Below are positions 1-8,669 of a stretch of DNA of 64,000 nucleotides, piece after piece. Within the stretch, counting starts at the first letter, position 1. Every line of letters starts with the position of its first letter. The stretch spans positions 324,900 through 388,899 of the forward strand of contig CBDDOO010000001.1 in the NCBI GenBank assembly GCA_965231905.1. The letters are read 5' to 3'. Under the pieces are notes generated by a model. It did no database searches, had not been told where the DNA came from, and saw only the letters and a list, made by a program, of their open reading frames with translations. Both the position numbers and the translations under genes were made by a program. The stretch is from Arenicellales bacterium (GTDB taxonomy: Bacteria > Pseudomonadota > Gammaproteobacteria > Arenicellales > Poriferihabitantaceae).

Positions 1-963
1 TGAGGCCATGCTCCCTTCAAAAACAAAATCCTCCGGGAATGTTTGCAGGCAAGCAGCCTCTCGAATACTGATTGCCCTGTCCTGCTCCGGGTGGCCAAAG
101 CGTCCATTCGAGTAACTCGTGCACCGAGTGGTTAGTCCCGATGCGGGAGTGTCCCAGGACATCCGGCCATAAACATCGGTATATCCAGAGAAATTCCTGT
201 GGCACTCAAGTCTGAGATGATCTGGCCAATCCCGGTTACCCCCGCCTTCCGGCGTTGCCTTGACACGTTCGACATTCCGCGCAGAGAGATTCGCCGCCCT
301 ATGGTTGGGTATCTGGTCGTGTTCTTCCCCCGCTTGTATTGGTGGAAGATGAGAGATCCAGTCACGCACAGTACCATATCGTTCGTTCGGCGTTCCCGGC
401 CCATGAGTCTCATCGGGCAGATGGATTGTACCGTGCCGGCTCGCTACCAATACGAGCCGACGGCGACTTTGTGGTATTCCGTACCTCGCCAGTTTGATGG
501 GGCGATAGTCCACTTCGTATTCTGCCGCTTCCAATCGACCCAGAAAATCACCGAAAGGTTGACTATCGCTATCCAGTTTCTGCAGCCCCGGAACATTTTC
601 CACGAACACGAGATCTGGTCGGCAACCCTCTACCAGATTTGCAAAGTAGGTAAGTAACGGCACACGTTCGTCCTGATCCAGGTTCGGTCGCTTGGTATTT
701 TGTCTGGAAAATGGCTGACATGGCGCACACCCACTGAAAAGCACTGGTTGTAATCGTTCCGATTCTACCCGAAGCCGTACGGCTTCAACGCTTACGTTAC
801 GAATATCTGCAAACTCGAAGTGTGTGTCGGAGAAGTTGGCCTGGAAGCTCGCTCTGGCTTCTGCATCGTGATCCAGCGCGAACGAAATCTCCATACCGGC
901 ATCCTGAAAGCCACAACTGGCGCCGCCACAGCCGGCGAAGAAGTCATATACCTGAACGGTCAT
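1..963 (-). CDS. DNA (cytosine-5)-methyltransferase, partial (3' end runs off window)
   Basis: Absent from the ORF track because there is no stop in the window. My reverse-strand translation from ATG at 963 gives MTVQVYDFFAGCGGASCGF (motif I), GCAPCQPFS (motif IV catalytic PCQ), FVENVPG (motif VI) and PQSRRRLVLV (motif VIII). Confidence 0.85.
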   Translation of the reverse strand, partial: MTVQVYDFFAGCGGASCGFQDAGMEISFALDHDAEARASFQANFSDTHFEFADIRNVSVEAVRLRVESERLQPVLFSGCAPCQPFSRQNTKRPNLDQDERVPLLTYFANLVEGCRPDLVFVENVPGLQKLDSDSQPFGDFLGRLEAAEYEVDYRPIKLARYGIPQSRRRLVLVASRHGTIHLPDETHGPGTPNERYGTVRDWISHLPPIQAGEEHDQIPNHRAANLSARNVERVKATPEGGGNRDWPDHLRLECHRNFSGYTDVYGRMSWDTPASGLTTRCTSYSNGRFGHPEQDRAISIREAACLQTFPEDFVFEGSMAS

Positions 964-990
964 TGGTTCATCATGGCAGGTCATCTCCCT

Positions 991-1425
991 TCATTCGTAA
1001 AGCAAGGTATATAACTCGAAAGCCTTGATCTGTTTTCTCACTCCCTCGAACGTGTCGCGTCCAGTGACTCTTGAAATCGGTTGCGTGGGTTCGCGCTGCT
1101 TGAAAATAACGTATTGCATCATTCTTCTACCCAGAAATTGTAACCCCAAATGAGTTTTTTGGTCGTCCTTCCAGACGGCGCGCAGATTTCCATTATCCAT
1201 CGATACCAAGTTACCTTTCCGCAAGCGCGGATCCAGTTCGATGAAACTCTGGAAGTCAGCCTCGGAGGTGAGGTTCAATGCATAACCGTCATTTGCCGCA
1301 ATATGGCGTAGATCAGAAATTCTCACTGAATACGCCTGAAATTTAGTCCGCACCGGCTCATTCAAAGCGAATGCGGCGCTGGAATGATCGAAGGTGAAGA
1401 ATTTTGCAGCATTTCGAGTATCCAC
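991..1425 (-). CDS. hypothetical protein (144 aa), directly upstream of and co-oriented with the C5 methyltransferase
   Basis: Intact ORF ending 27 nt before the methyltransferase ATG. No motif recognised. Confidence 0.5.
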   Translation of the reverse strand: MDTRNAAKFFTFDHSSAAFALNEPVRTKFQAYSVRISDLRHIAANDGYALNLTSEADFQSFIELDPRLRKGNLVSMDNGNLRAVWKDDQKTHLGLQFLGRRMMQYVIFKQREPTQPISRVTGRDTFEGVRKQIKAFELYTLLYE

Positions 1426-1601
1426 AATTTACGTTGAACGCGATTGATTGTCATGTTCAGGAATTGGGTGACAATTACTTCATGCGCCCGCATCATACCA
1501 CGTATCTGTGTCCGACTTCGCTACGACCAATTCCGATACGCTTCATGTCAACACAGCAATTCCCGCCAGCTACAGATGATGAGGGCTATCAAGGGATTTG
1601 A

Positions 1602-3216
1602 GGGAGTTTAAAGAAAGTTTATCGTAAACTTTTGTCCTGAAGGGATGTATTCTACGGTTCCAATTTCAAGAAACAGAGGAGAGGTCATGAACCATCCAGT
1701 CAGTCGCAAGGATTTATCCGCTCACGGGTTATACCAGGTTGTTCGCACGTCTTTTGAGTCATTTCCCGATTCCAGGCAGGTTCGCAAGCTGTCTTTGCCG
1801 GATGTTCTGATGTCCGGTCTGGCGATGTTCAGTCTGAAGTATCCTTCCTTGTTGCAGTTTGACCGTTGTCGTCATGCACAGGCGGTTCGTCATAACTTGC
1901 GGACTTTGTTCGGGATTCGACAGGCGCCGTGCGACACGTATATGCGGGAGCGTTTGGATGAAGTGGAGCCGCATGCGTTTGAGCCGGTTTACAAGCGGTT
2001 GTTTGCGCGGTTGCAGAGGGGCAAGGGACTGGAAGGTTTTGCGGGGCCGGGCGGTCATTATGTGTTGTCGGTAGACGGGACCGGGGTCTTTTCTTCCCGG
2101 CAGGTTCGCTGTCGCTGCTGTTGTGAGAAACGCCACCGGAACGGCGAGGTTACGTATTACCATCAGTTATTGGCTGCGGTATTGGTGCACCCGGATTGTC
2201 GGGAAGTGATTCCGTTGATGCCCGAGGCCATTGGAAAGCGGGACGGTGCGACGAAGAATGACTGTGAACGGGCTGCATCGAAGCGGTTGCTGAGACGGGT
2301 TCGTCGCAATCATCCACACTTGAGGCTGCTGGTGGTGGAAGATGCTTTGGCCGCGAACGGGCCGCATATCCGGCTGCTGGAGTCGCTGGACATGCGCTTT
2401 ATGCTCGGAGTGAAGCCGGGGTCTCATGCGGAGTTATTCCGTTGGGTGGAGGCCACGACAACCACGGGCGCCCTCGAAGTGTCGGGAGAGGACGGTGTCC
2501 GTTTCCGTTTCCGGTTTCTCCATGCAGTCCCGTTAAATGACGCGCACTTTGATCTGGAAGTGAACTTCCTGTCCTGTCAGGAGATTCGCCCCGATGGCCG
2601 GGAACGACGCTTCTGTTGGGTTACGGACCTGCCGATTGACGAATCCAACGTCTATGAACTGATGCGGGTCGGTCGCGCCCGTTGGCGCATCGAGAACGAA
2701 ACCTTCAATACGCTGAAGAACCAGGGCTACGGCCTGGAACACAACTTTGGTCACGGCAATCAATACCTGTCTACTGTACTGACGCATTTGATGATGCTGG
2801 CCTTTCTGATTGACCAGATACAACTGCGTTGCTGTGCGGTGTTCAACCGGGCGCTGATGAGCCGCCACAGTCGCAGCGCCTTGTGGCGGAAGATGCGAGC
2901 CCTGTTTGATGAGTATCTGATCAGCAGTTGGGAAAGCCTGTTTCATGGAATCGCTTTCGGATACTCTCCCCCGTCCCTCCCCGACCCCCCTTGAGCTCTT
3001 CCGTGACCCGGTGTGTTCCGGGGGGATTTTCAGCGTACACAAAGCCCGTCCTTTTTGTTGCGGCAACCCGGCAGCCCGGCTCTGCTCGCCCTGAAGAAAC
3101 AGCCCGCAGAAAAATCCAACTCTCAACCGTCATCCCTCTATCCATTATTCCCTGGCGGGAATTGCTGATGTCAACACTATCTTAGTGACCACATTGTTAA
3201 GTTCCGATAAACTCCC
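1602..3216 (+). mobile_element. IS element (IS4-superfamily DDE transposase); boundaries approximate
   Basis: Single transposase ORF. Candidate imperfect terminal inverted repeats: GGGAGTTTA...AGTTTATCGTAAACTT (1602-1630) versus the reverse complement of GTTCCGATAAACTCCC (3201-3216). No clear target-site duplication found. Confidence 0.5.
1687..2994 (+). CDS. DDE transposase, IS4 superfamily
   Basis: C-terminal GRARWRIENETFNTLKNQGY matches the IS4-type Y-R-E-K signature. GGAGAGG RBS lies before the ATG at 1687; the ORF track start at 1645 is also possible. Confidence 0.85.
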   Translation: MNHPVSRKDLSAHGLYQVVRTSFESFPDSRQVRKLSLPDVLMSGLAMFSLKYPSLLQFDRCRHAQAVRHNLRTLFGIRQAPCDTYMRERLDEVEPHAFEPVYKRLFARLQRGKGLEGFAGPGGHYVLSVDGTGVFSSRQVRCRCCCEKRHRNGEVTYYHQLLAAVLVHPDCREVIPLMPEAIGKRDGATKNDCERAASKRLLRRVRRNHPHLRLLVVEDALAANGPHIRLLESLDMRFMLGVKPGSHAELFRWVEATTTTGALEVSGEDGVRFRFRFLHAVPLNDAHFDLEVNFLSCQEIRPDGRERRFCWVTDLPIDESNVYELMRVGRARWRIENETFNTLKNQGYGLEHNFGHGNQYLSTVLTHLMMLAFLIDQIQLRCCAVFNRALMSRHSRSALWRKMRALFDEYLISSWESLFHGIAFGYSPPSLPDPP

Positions 3217-3236
3217 AGATAGATGGAGTTCACCGG

Positions 3237-5111
3237 ATGTCAGAAAATCACAATCAAGGTTCCCAAGAAGGCGGAGGAGATCAGGACATGGCAATAGTGA
3301 CTCAAGAGGATTTTGTGTCTGCGGACCTCGAAGCGCCTATTCGTGGTAGCAACAAGGTTGATTGCTGGAACTTGGCGGCCCTGTACGAAACAGCAGCCAG
3401 AGAACACAAACAAGCTGGCAACGAAACCGCCGCCCGCGTCTATTGTCTTATCGCTGATGTCTCCCACATGCACTTCAACCCCGAAGACCGGGCGGAACCC
3501 TATGGTCCTAATTTTGTTTTGGGCGGAAGGCGAAGTATGATCCCCTGCGACTTGCGAGGAGGTCAATCGGACGTATTCGCAGCTATTGCGTCTAATATTG
3601 ATAATCCAGGACTCAGGGCACGGCTTTCCGATGTGGCTTGGCACAACAATCGTGGGCTTTTTGCCATGGCACAATTGGCGATCAACGCCTATTGCGATAC
3701 TGTGCAAGCGGTTCTCGACGGCACAGCCGAATTTTTTTCCGACGAGCGAACCGCCAGTAGCCGAAGTGGTACTGAGATGCTGCACCGCGCTTGTCAAATC
3801 GCCCATGCAACAGGCTGGAAGAAATCTGAAAAAATACGCCTCAAGTCATTAATCACCACCGTTGTCCAGGATGCATTCAATCGAAAAGATCACCGTGGAT
3901 TCCTGAATACAGCCGAACTCAGCCTGCAACTCCGCATCGGCGAATCGGACGCTATAGCTCGAAACGCCGAGACGCTGATTACAACCAACAGCCCGGATGC
4001 TTTTATTTCCCGTGAACTATGGCAACTCGCCGCTCTTGCCTACCGACAGTCGGGAAACGATACTGAGCTCAACCGCTGCCTTATATCCGCAGCGGAATGT
4101 CTCGTTGCACTGGCAGATGCTGAAGGCGGGCGCGGAATGGTCGCAGCAGGTCACTTGAGTGATGCCATCAAAGAACTTAGGCGAATACCAGATACTCAGA
4201 AAAGGCGACAACAACTTGAGCGCAAGCTCCGCGACGCGCAAGCCTCAATACATGACGAAATGGGCGTGATATCGGCGCCGGTTGACCGGACTGATCTTGT
4301 CAAAGAAACCCGTAAAAGTGTGAGTGGCTTGAGTCTGGCACAGGCACTAGCGGTTTTTGCTGATCTCGCTTCGCCCCCGGCCCCGGCAACGTTACGAGAC
4401 GAAGCGAGGAAGCAGTACGAGAAAAGTCCTTTCTTGAGTCTTATTCCGAAGTCGATAGTCGATGACGAAGGCAAGGTAGTGTCCAGGTCTCCCGCTCTCA
4501 CTGGCAACGAAGCAGAAGACCAATCAGCAATCCACCATAGCATTGCCAAAGATGAAGGCTTTCGCAGGCATATTGTCGTTCGCGGGCAGATTGAACCGGC
4601 AAGGCAGTTGATCCATTTCGAACACACGCTCGGACAGCGTGATTTCCTCCCTCTCGTGACTATGAGCCCGTTCGTTCCTGAAGATCGTGTGGTTCTTTTC
4701 AGTTTGGCGTTTATGCGATTTTTCGGCGGAGATTTTATGTCCGCACTTCACATTCTCGTTCCGCAGTTGGAGAATTCATTGCGTCATATCCTGAAACAGA
4801 CTGGCAAGGAACCCTCCTCAATCCAGAGTGACATGACGCAGGAAAACCGGAGTTTGTCGGTACTGCTCACGAAGGATCGAGAGTCACTCGAAAAAGTATT
4901 CGGCTCCGCTATTATCTATGAGATTGAGAACCTGTTTGATTTTCGAGGCGGCCCCGCACTCAGGCATCAACTGGCGCACGGGTTGGTCTCAGGAGAGGCT
5001 TGCTACGGGACAGATGCGATTTATGCGTGCTGGTTCATTTTTCGGCTGTGTTGTCTGCCTTTATTTAGTCATTGGGAACAACTGACCAAGTGGATGGACG
5101 GAAACTATTAG
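3237..5111 (+). CDS. alpha-helical protein with C-terminal HEPN-like (Rx4H) / DUF4209-like domain
   Basis: 624-aa ORF with GGAG 9 nt upstream of the ATG. C-terminus LFDFRGGPALRHQLAHGLV contains R576-x4-H581 (nt 4962-4979), as in HEPN/Abi_2-type RNxxAH motifs. A second LENSLRHILK helix lies upstream. Confidence 0.75.
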   Translation: MSENHNQGSQEGGGDQDMAIVTQEDFVSADLEAPIRGSNKVDCWNLAALYETAAREHKQAGNETAARVYCLIADVSHMHFNPEDRAEPYGPNFVLGGRRSMIPCDLRGGQSDVFAAIASNIDNPGLRARLSDVAWHNNRGLFAMAQLAINAYCDTVQAVLDGTAEFFSDERTASSRSGTEMLHRACQIAHATGWKKSEKIRLKSLITTVVQDAFNRKDHRGFLNTAELSLQLRIGESDAIARNAETLITTNSPDAFISRELWQLAALAYRQSGNDTELNRCLISAAECLVALADAEGGRGMVAAGHLSDAIKELRRIPDTQKRRQQLERKLRDAQASIHDEMGVISAPVDRTDLVKETRKSVSGLSLAQALAVFADLASPPAPATLRDEARKQYEKSPFLSLIPKSIVDDEGKVVSRSPALTGNEAEDQSAIHHSIAKDEGFRRHIVVRGQIEPARQLIHFEHTLGQRDFLPLVTMSPFVPEDRVVLFSLAFMRFFGGDFMSALHILVPQLENSLRHILKQTGKEPSSIQSDMTQENRSLSVLLTKDRESLEKVFGSAIIYEIENLFDFRGGPALRHQLAHGLVSGEACYGTDAIYACWFIFRLCCLPLFSHWEQLTKWMDGNY

Positions 5112-5218
5112 ACTCGCCCAGTTTCTCGACATGAGAAAACACTCGGACTCAGTGAGGCGGATACCCTCCCTGCCCACCACAAAGCGAAATCGTGTATCAT
5201 CCCTGCCGGAGTCCAGAT

Positions 5219-7366
5219 ATGTATACGATAAATGACATCAATCCGGTCGAAATAAAACAGCCATTTCGACCACGGGCGAGGGTGCTACAACTTCTCGGTG
5301 ACGAATTGATAGGCAGCGCCCGATTGGCGGTCTTTGAACTGGTCAAAAATGCGTATGATGCGGACGCAAATGAAGCTGTCGTTCGCCTTGATCTTGCCTC
5401 GACACAAGAGCCAATGATCATTATTAACGACGATGGCGAGGGCATGACTCTCGATGTACTCCGATCAGTCTGGCTGGCGCCGGGGGACGATCATCGTCAG
5501 AAACAACGCCTATCGGGCCGGAGAACCGCCAAGCATCAGCGTCTTCCACTTGGAGAGAAGGGGTTAGGCAGATTCGCTGTCCACAAACTCGGGAATCACA
5601 TCACCCTCGTGACGCGTGCTCAGAATGCTGACGAATGTGTGGTGGAAATTGACTGGAACGAGCTGATCGACAAACCCTATCTGGATGAAGCGCCCGTGAC
5701 GATACGGGTTCGTTACCCAGAAGTGTTTACCGGAGAACAGACGGGAACCCGTATCGAAATCCGTCAATTACGAATAGCCGACTGGTCGCGTGGTGAAGTA
5801 CGGCGCTTGCACAACCAGATCACCTCCATTTGCTCTCCGTTCGAGGAACCAGGGGATTTCGATGCCAGGTTGCTCGTCCCCGGACGCGAGGACTGGATTG
5901 ATGACCTGCCAGATATTTCCGAAATTCTTGATCGAGCGATCTGGAAGTTTTCCTTTCGAGTTTCGGATGGCGACTTCAACTGGACTTACGAATTCCGCCA
6001 GATTCCCGGTTTCAATCTCGACGGCAGAACCGTCAATAAGTCTGGCGACCGGCTGAGGCTTCCGTCACGCTCGGGTGACGACCGGATGGAAAAGAAAGTT
6101 GTGGCCGATAAAGAGATATTTGAAGGTATCGGTCCTGTCACCGGAGAATTTTATGTTTACGACCGGGGTCAGGAAGTGCGTCGGAGAATGTCCCAGATAC
6201 GACTGCTGGAGTCTTACCTTGATGAAACGGGAGGAGTACGAGTCTACCGGGATGGCATTAGAGTGTATAACTATGGTGAGTCTGGAGACGATTGGCTTGG
6301 CCTTGATCTGCGTCGTGTGAATGTGCCGACACGCCGTATCAGCCGCAATATCATTTTAGGAGCGATACATCTGTCCCTGCGAGAATCCACTGGTCTTGTC
6401 GAGAAAACGAATCGGGAAGGTTTCGTAGAAAACGCGCCCTGCCTCCAGTTGCGCCGAATCGTCCTCGGCGCCCTTGCTGCCCTTGAGGCGGAACGGCAAT
6501 TTGATAAAGAGCGTATCAGACAATTGACCGAAAAACCGGACGATCCAGTGAGCGCTAAAATCGAAAAACCGATACAGGCGCTGCGCCGCGAGCTTGAACG
6601 ACAGGGGGTGGAAGAAAAGTTCGAGAACTTTGTTGTAAAGATCGAACAGGACTACCAGAGCATGCAAGCGACACTGCTCACAGCCGGCATGTCCGGTTTG
6701 AATCTGGCAGTAGTATTTCATGAGGTAGAACGGGGTGTGCGGGCACTCCACCAAGTCATTTCCGAAGGTGCGGACATGGAGAGCGCTATTCTCCAAGCGC
6801 GTGATCTCATGCGCCTTCTCGACGGGTTCGCCACATTGCTCCGGCGAGACAGCAAACAGCAACACAATGGGAGGAAATTGCTGGATGCCGCTCGAAAGTT
6901 CAATATATTGCGCTTCCGACATCATCGCATCCAACTCGTATGTCCGTCTCTGAAAAGCGCTGACGAACTGTTCTACTCCCGGTTTGCATTCGGTTTGGTT
7001 GTGGGAGCATTGAACAATCTTGTGGATAACGCTCTATACTGGCTCCGGGTAAAATGGCCGGATATTCCAGAGCCAAACGATTCTACCGAACGAAAGCTTT
7101 ACATCGGCGTATCGGACGATTTCGATGCTGGACCGGCCATCATCGTCGCGGACAACGGTACGGGTTTTCAGGGAGACGCGCCTGAAAACCTCGTGCGGCC
7201 ATTCTTCACTCGCAAGCCCGAAGGGATGGGGCTTGGTCTTTATTACGCAAATCTGGCGATGGAATTGAATGGAGGACAGCTTGCTTTTCCACAGCCGGGA
7301 GAGGTCGAACTTCCCGAAGAATTCGACGGCGCAGTCGTCGCCCTGATATTCAAGGAGGTGAAATGA
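5219..7366 (+). CDS. dual GHKL ATPase: N-terminal MORC/HATPase_c_3-like module plus C-terminal histidine-kinase-like DHp/CA module
   Basis: N-terminal motifs: ELVKNAYDADA (N box), INDDGEGM (G1), GEKGLGRFAVHKLG (G2). Centre: VVFHEVERG (His codon 6719-6721, H-box-like). C-terminal motifs: NLVDNALYW, VADNGTGF, GMGLGLYYA. ATG at 5219 follows GGAG; GTG at 5192 is an alternative start. Confidence 0.85.
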   Translation: MYTINDINPVEIKQPFRPRARVLQLLGDELIGSARLAVFELVKNAYDADANEAVVRLDLASTQEPMIIINDDGEGMTLDVLRSVWLAPGDDHRQKQRLSGRRTAKHQRLPLGEKGLGRFAVHKLGNHITLVTRAQNADECVVEIDWNELIDKPYLDEAPVTIRVRYPEVFTGEQTGTRIEIRQLRIADWSRGEVRRLHNQITSICSPFEEPGDFDARLLVPGREDWIDDLPDISEILDRAIWKFSFRVSDGDFNWTYEFRQIPGFNLDGRTVNKSGDRLRLPSRSGDDRMEKKVVADKEIFEGIGPVTGEFYVYDRGQEVRRRMSQIRLLESYLDETGGVRVYRDGIRVYNYGESGDDWLGLDLRRVNVPTRRISRNIILGAIHLSLRESTGLVEKTNREGFVENAPCLQLRRIVLGALAALEAERQFDKERIRQLTEKPDDPVSAKIEKPIQALRRELERQGVEEKFENFVVKIEQDYQSMQATLLTAGMSGLNLAVVFHEVERGVRALHQVISEGADMESAILQARDLMRLLDGFATLLRRDSKQQHNGRKLLDAARKFNILRFRHHRIQLVCPSLKSADELFYSRFAFGLVVGALNNLVDNALYWLRVKWPDIPEPNDSTERKLYIGVSDDFDAGPAIIVADNGTGFQGDAPENLVRPFFTRKPEGMGLGLYYANLAMELNGGQLAFPQPGEVELPEEFDGAVVALIFKEVK

Positions 7367-8658
7367 GGCTGCCAGCACCGCGTATTATCGCGATTGACGA
7401 CGAACCGAAACACCTCAAAGGATTGGCGCAGGGACTCAACCGATATGGCACGGCCTGTCTGCCCATTCACTTCACAGGTGAAGCCACTATTCCTTCATGT
7501 TCTCATGTACGTGTAATCTTCGCCGACCTTCACCTCAGTGGCGGCCTTAAAGACCATGCACAAGACTTCAGCATAATCGGCGGCCTGATTGAAGATATCC
7601 AACCATCCGGTCCTTATTTCATCGTCCTCTGGACCATGTATCCAGAGCAAGCGTCTGCATTGTATGCTTTCCTTGTGGATCGTCTCCAGAGTGTGGCTAA
7701 ACCGTTCACGGTGCAAGCACTCAACAAGAACGATCATCTTGACACACAGGGTGATGTAAAAAACCCTGAGGCGCTTGTCGAAGCTATAGGACGGGTCGTT
7801 GTAGAACAGCCACAGATCGGGGCGCTATTCAATTGGGAGGAGCGGGTACTGGGCGCTACCGCGGATACAGTATCATCCATTACCAAGATGGCTGATTCGG
7901 CTGCAAAAGACGCAAGCCCCGTTAAAGAAATCGACAGGTTGCTCAAGAATATTGCCATTGCCGCTGTCGGTAAAGATCATGTCGAAGAAGATCGGTTTCA
8001 AGCTGTCAATGAAGCGCTTCTACCCATCCTCGCTGACCGCATTGCATCCATGCGTTCACGGGAGATTGACCGTGAATTATGGAAAGCCGCGTTTGGCGGA
8101 TCAAAGACCAGTTCCAAGTTGAGATCTGATGAAGCTGCCAAGCTTAACCGTCTGCTTCACATTGCACATCCGACAGACATAAGTAGCTGGATGGAACGTG
8201 GCTCTGTCATTACTTTGCCAAAGAGAGCCTCAGGCGACAAGTTCAAGCCATGGTTCGGTCTTGAACAAGAGATGGCGGCCAACAAATCCTTCGGTTGTCA
8301 GGATTTCGACTCAAACGATGCTCGATTCCGTTGGGTACTCGTACAATCGCAAGCGGCTTGTGACTACGCTCAAATACGGCCGGGGCCATTGACTTTCTAT
8401 CTCGGGCTGTGCTTGCCCGAACCAAGAGCTCGTAAAGGGAGCCTCCCTTCCGCCCTTTGGGCCAGCCCATGTTTCTACTTTGATGACGAGCCCTTCCTGC
8501 TGCATGTGAACGCAGGCTTTCAAATGCCGTTGCCACGAACGTCGCGAGGAATAGAAAAGCCTCTTTTTCGTCTGCGCGAACAGCTTCTCAACGATATGAT
8601 TTATCGACTCCATAGCCACGGCGCCCGGCCTGGGGTTATTTCATTTCGCAAATCTTAG
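7363..8658 (+). CDS. response-regulator receiver (REC) domain protein with ~300-aa C-terminal domain of unknown function
   Basis: REC landmarks: RIIAIDDEP, VIFADLHLSG (Asp 7525-7527), FIVLWT, VAKPF (Lys 7698-7700). ATGA overlap with the upstream gene, and AAGGAGG RBS at 7352-7358. Confidence 0.8.
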   Translation: MRLPAPRIIAIDDEPKHLKGLAQGLNRYGTACLPIHFTGEATIPSCSHVRVIFADLHLSGGLKDHAQDFSIIGGLIEDIQPSGPYFIVLWTMYPEQASALYAFLVDRLQSVAKPFTVQALNKNDHLDTQGDVKNPEALVEAIGRVVVEQPQIGALFNWEERVLGATADTVSSITKMADSAAKDASPVKEIDRLLKNIAIAAVGKDHVEEDRFQAVNEALLPILADRIASMRSREIDRELWKAAFGGSKTSSKLRSDEAAKLNRLLHIAHPTDISSWMERGSVITLPKRASGDKFKPWFGLEQEMAANKSFGCQDFDSNDARFRWVLVQSQAACDYAQIRPGPLTFYLGLCLPEPRARKGSLPSALWASPCFYFDDEPFLLHVNAGFQMPLPRTSRGIEKPLFRLREQLLNDMIYRLHSHGARPGVISFRKS

Positions 8659-8669
8659 GCAAGTGATTC

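Noticed and set aside
199-657. 152-aa plus-strand ORF in the track
   Set aside because: It is antisense to the clearly motif-bearing C5 methyltransferase on the minus strand and has no recognisable motifs, so I treat it as a shadow ORF.
2533-3126. 197-aa minus-strand ORF
   Set aside because: It is antisense to the transposase gene and low-complexity. This is a typical GC-rich shadow frame.
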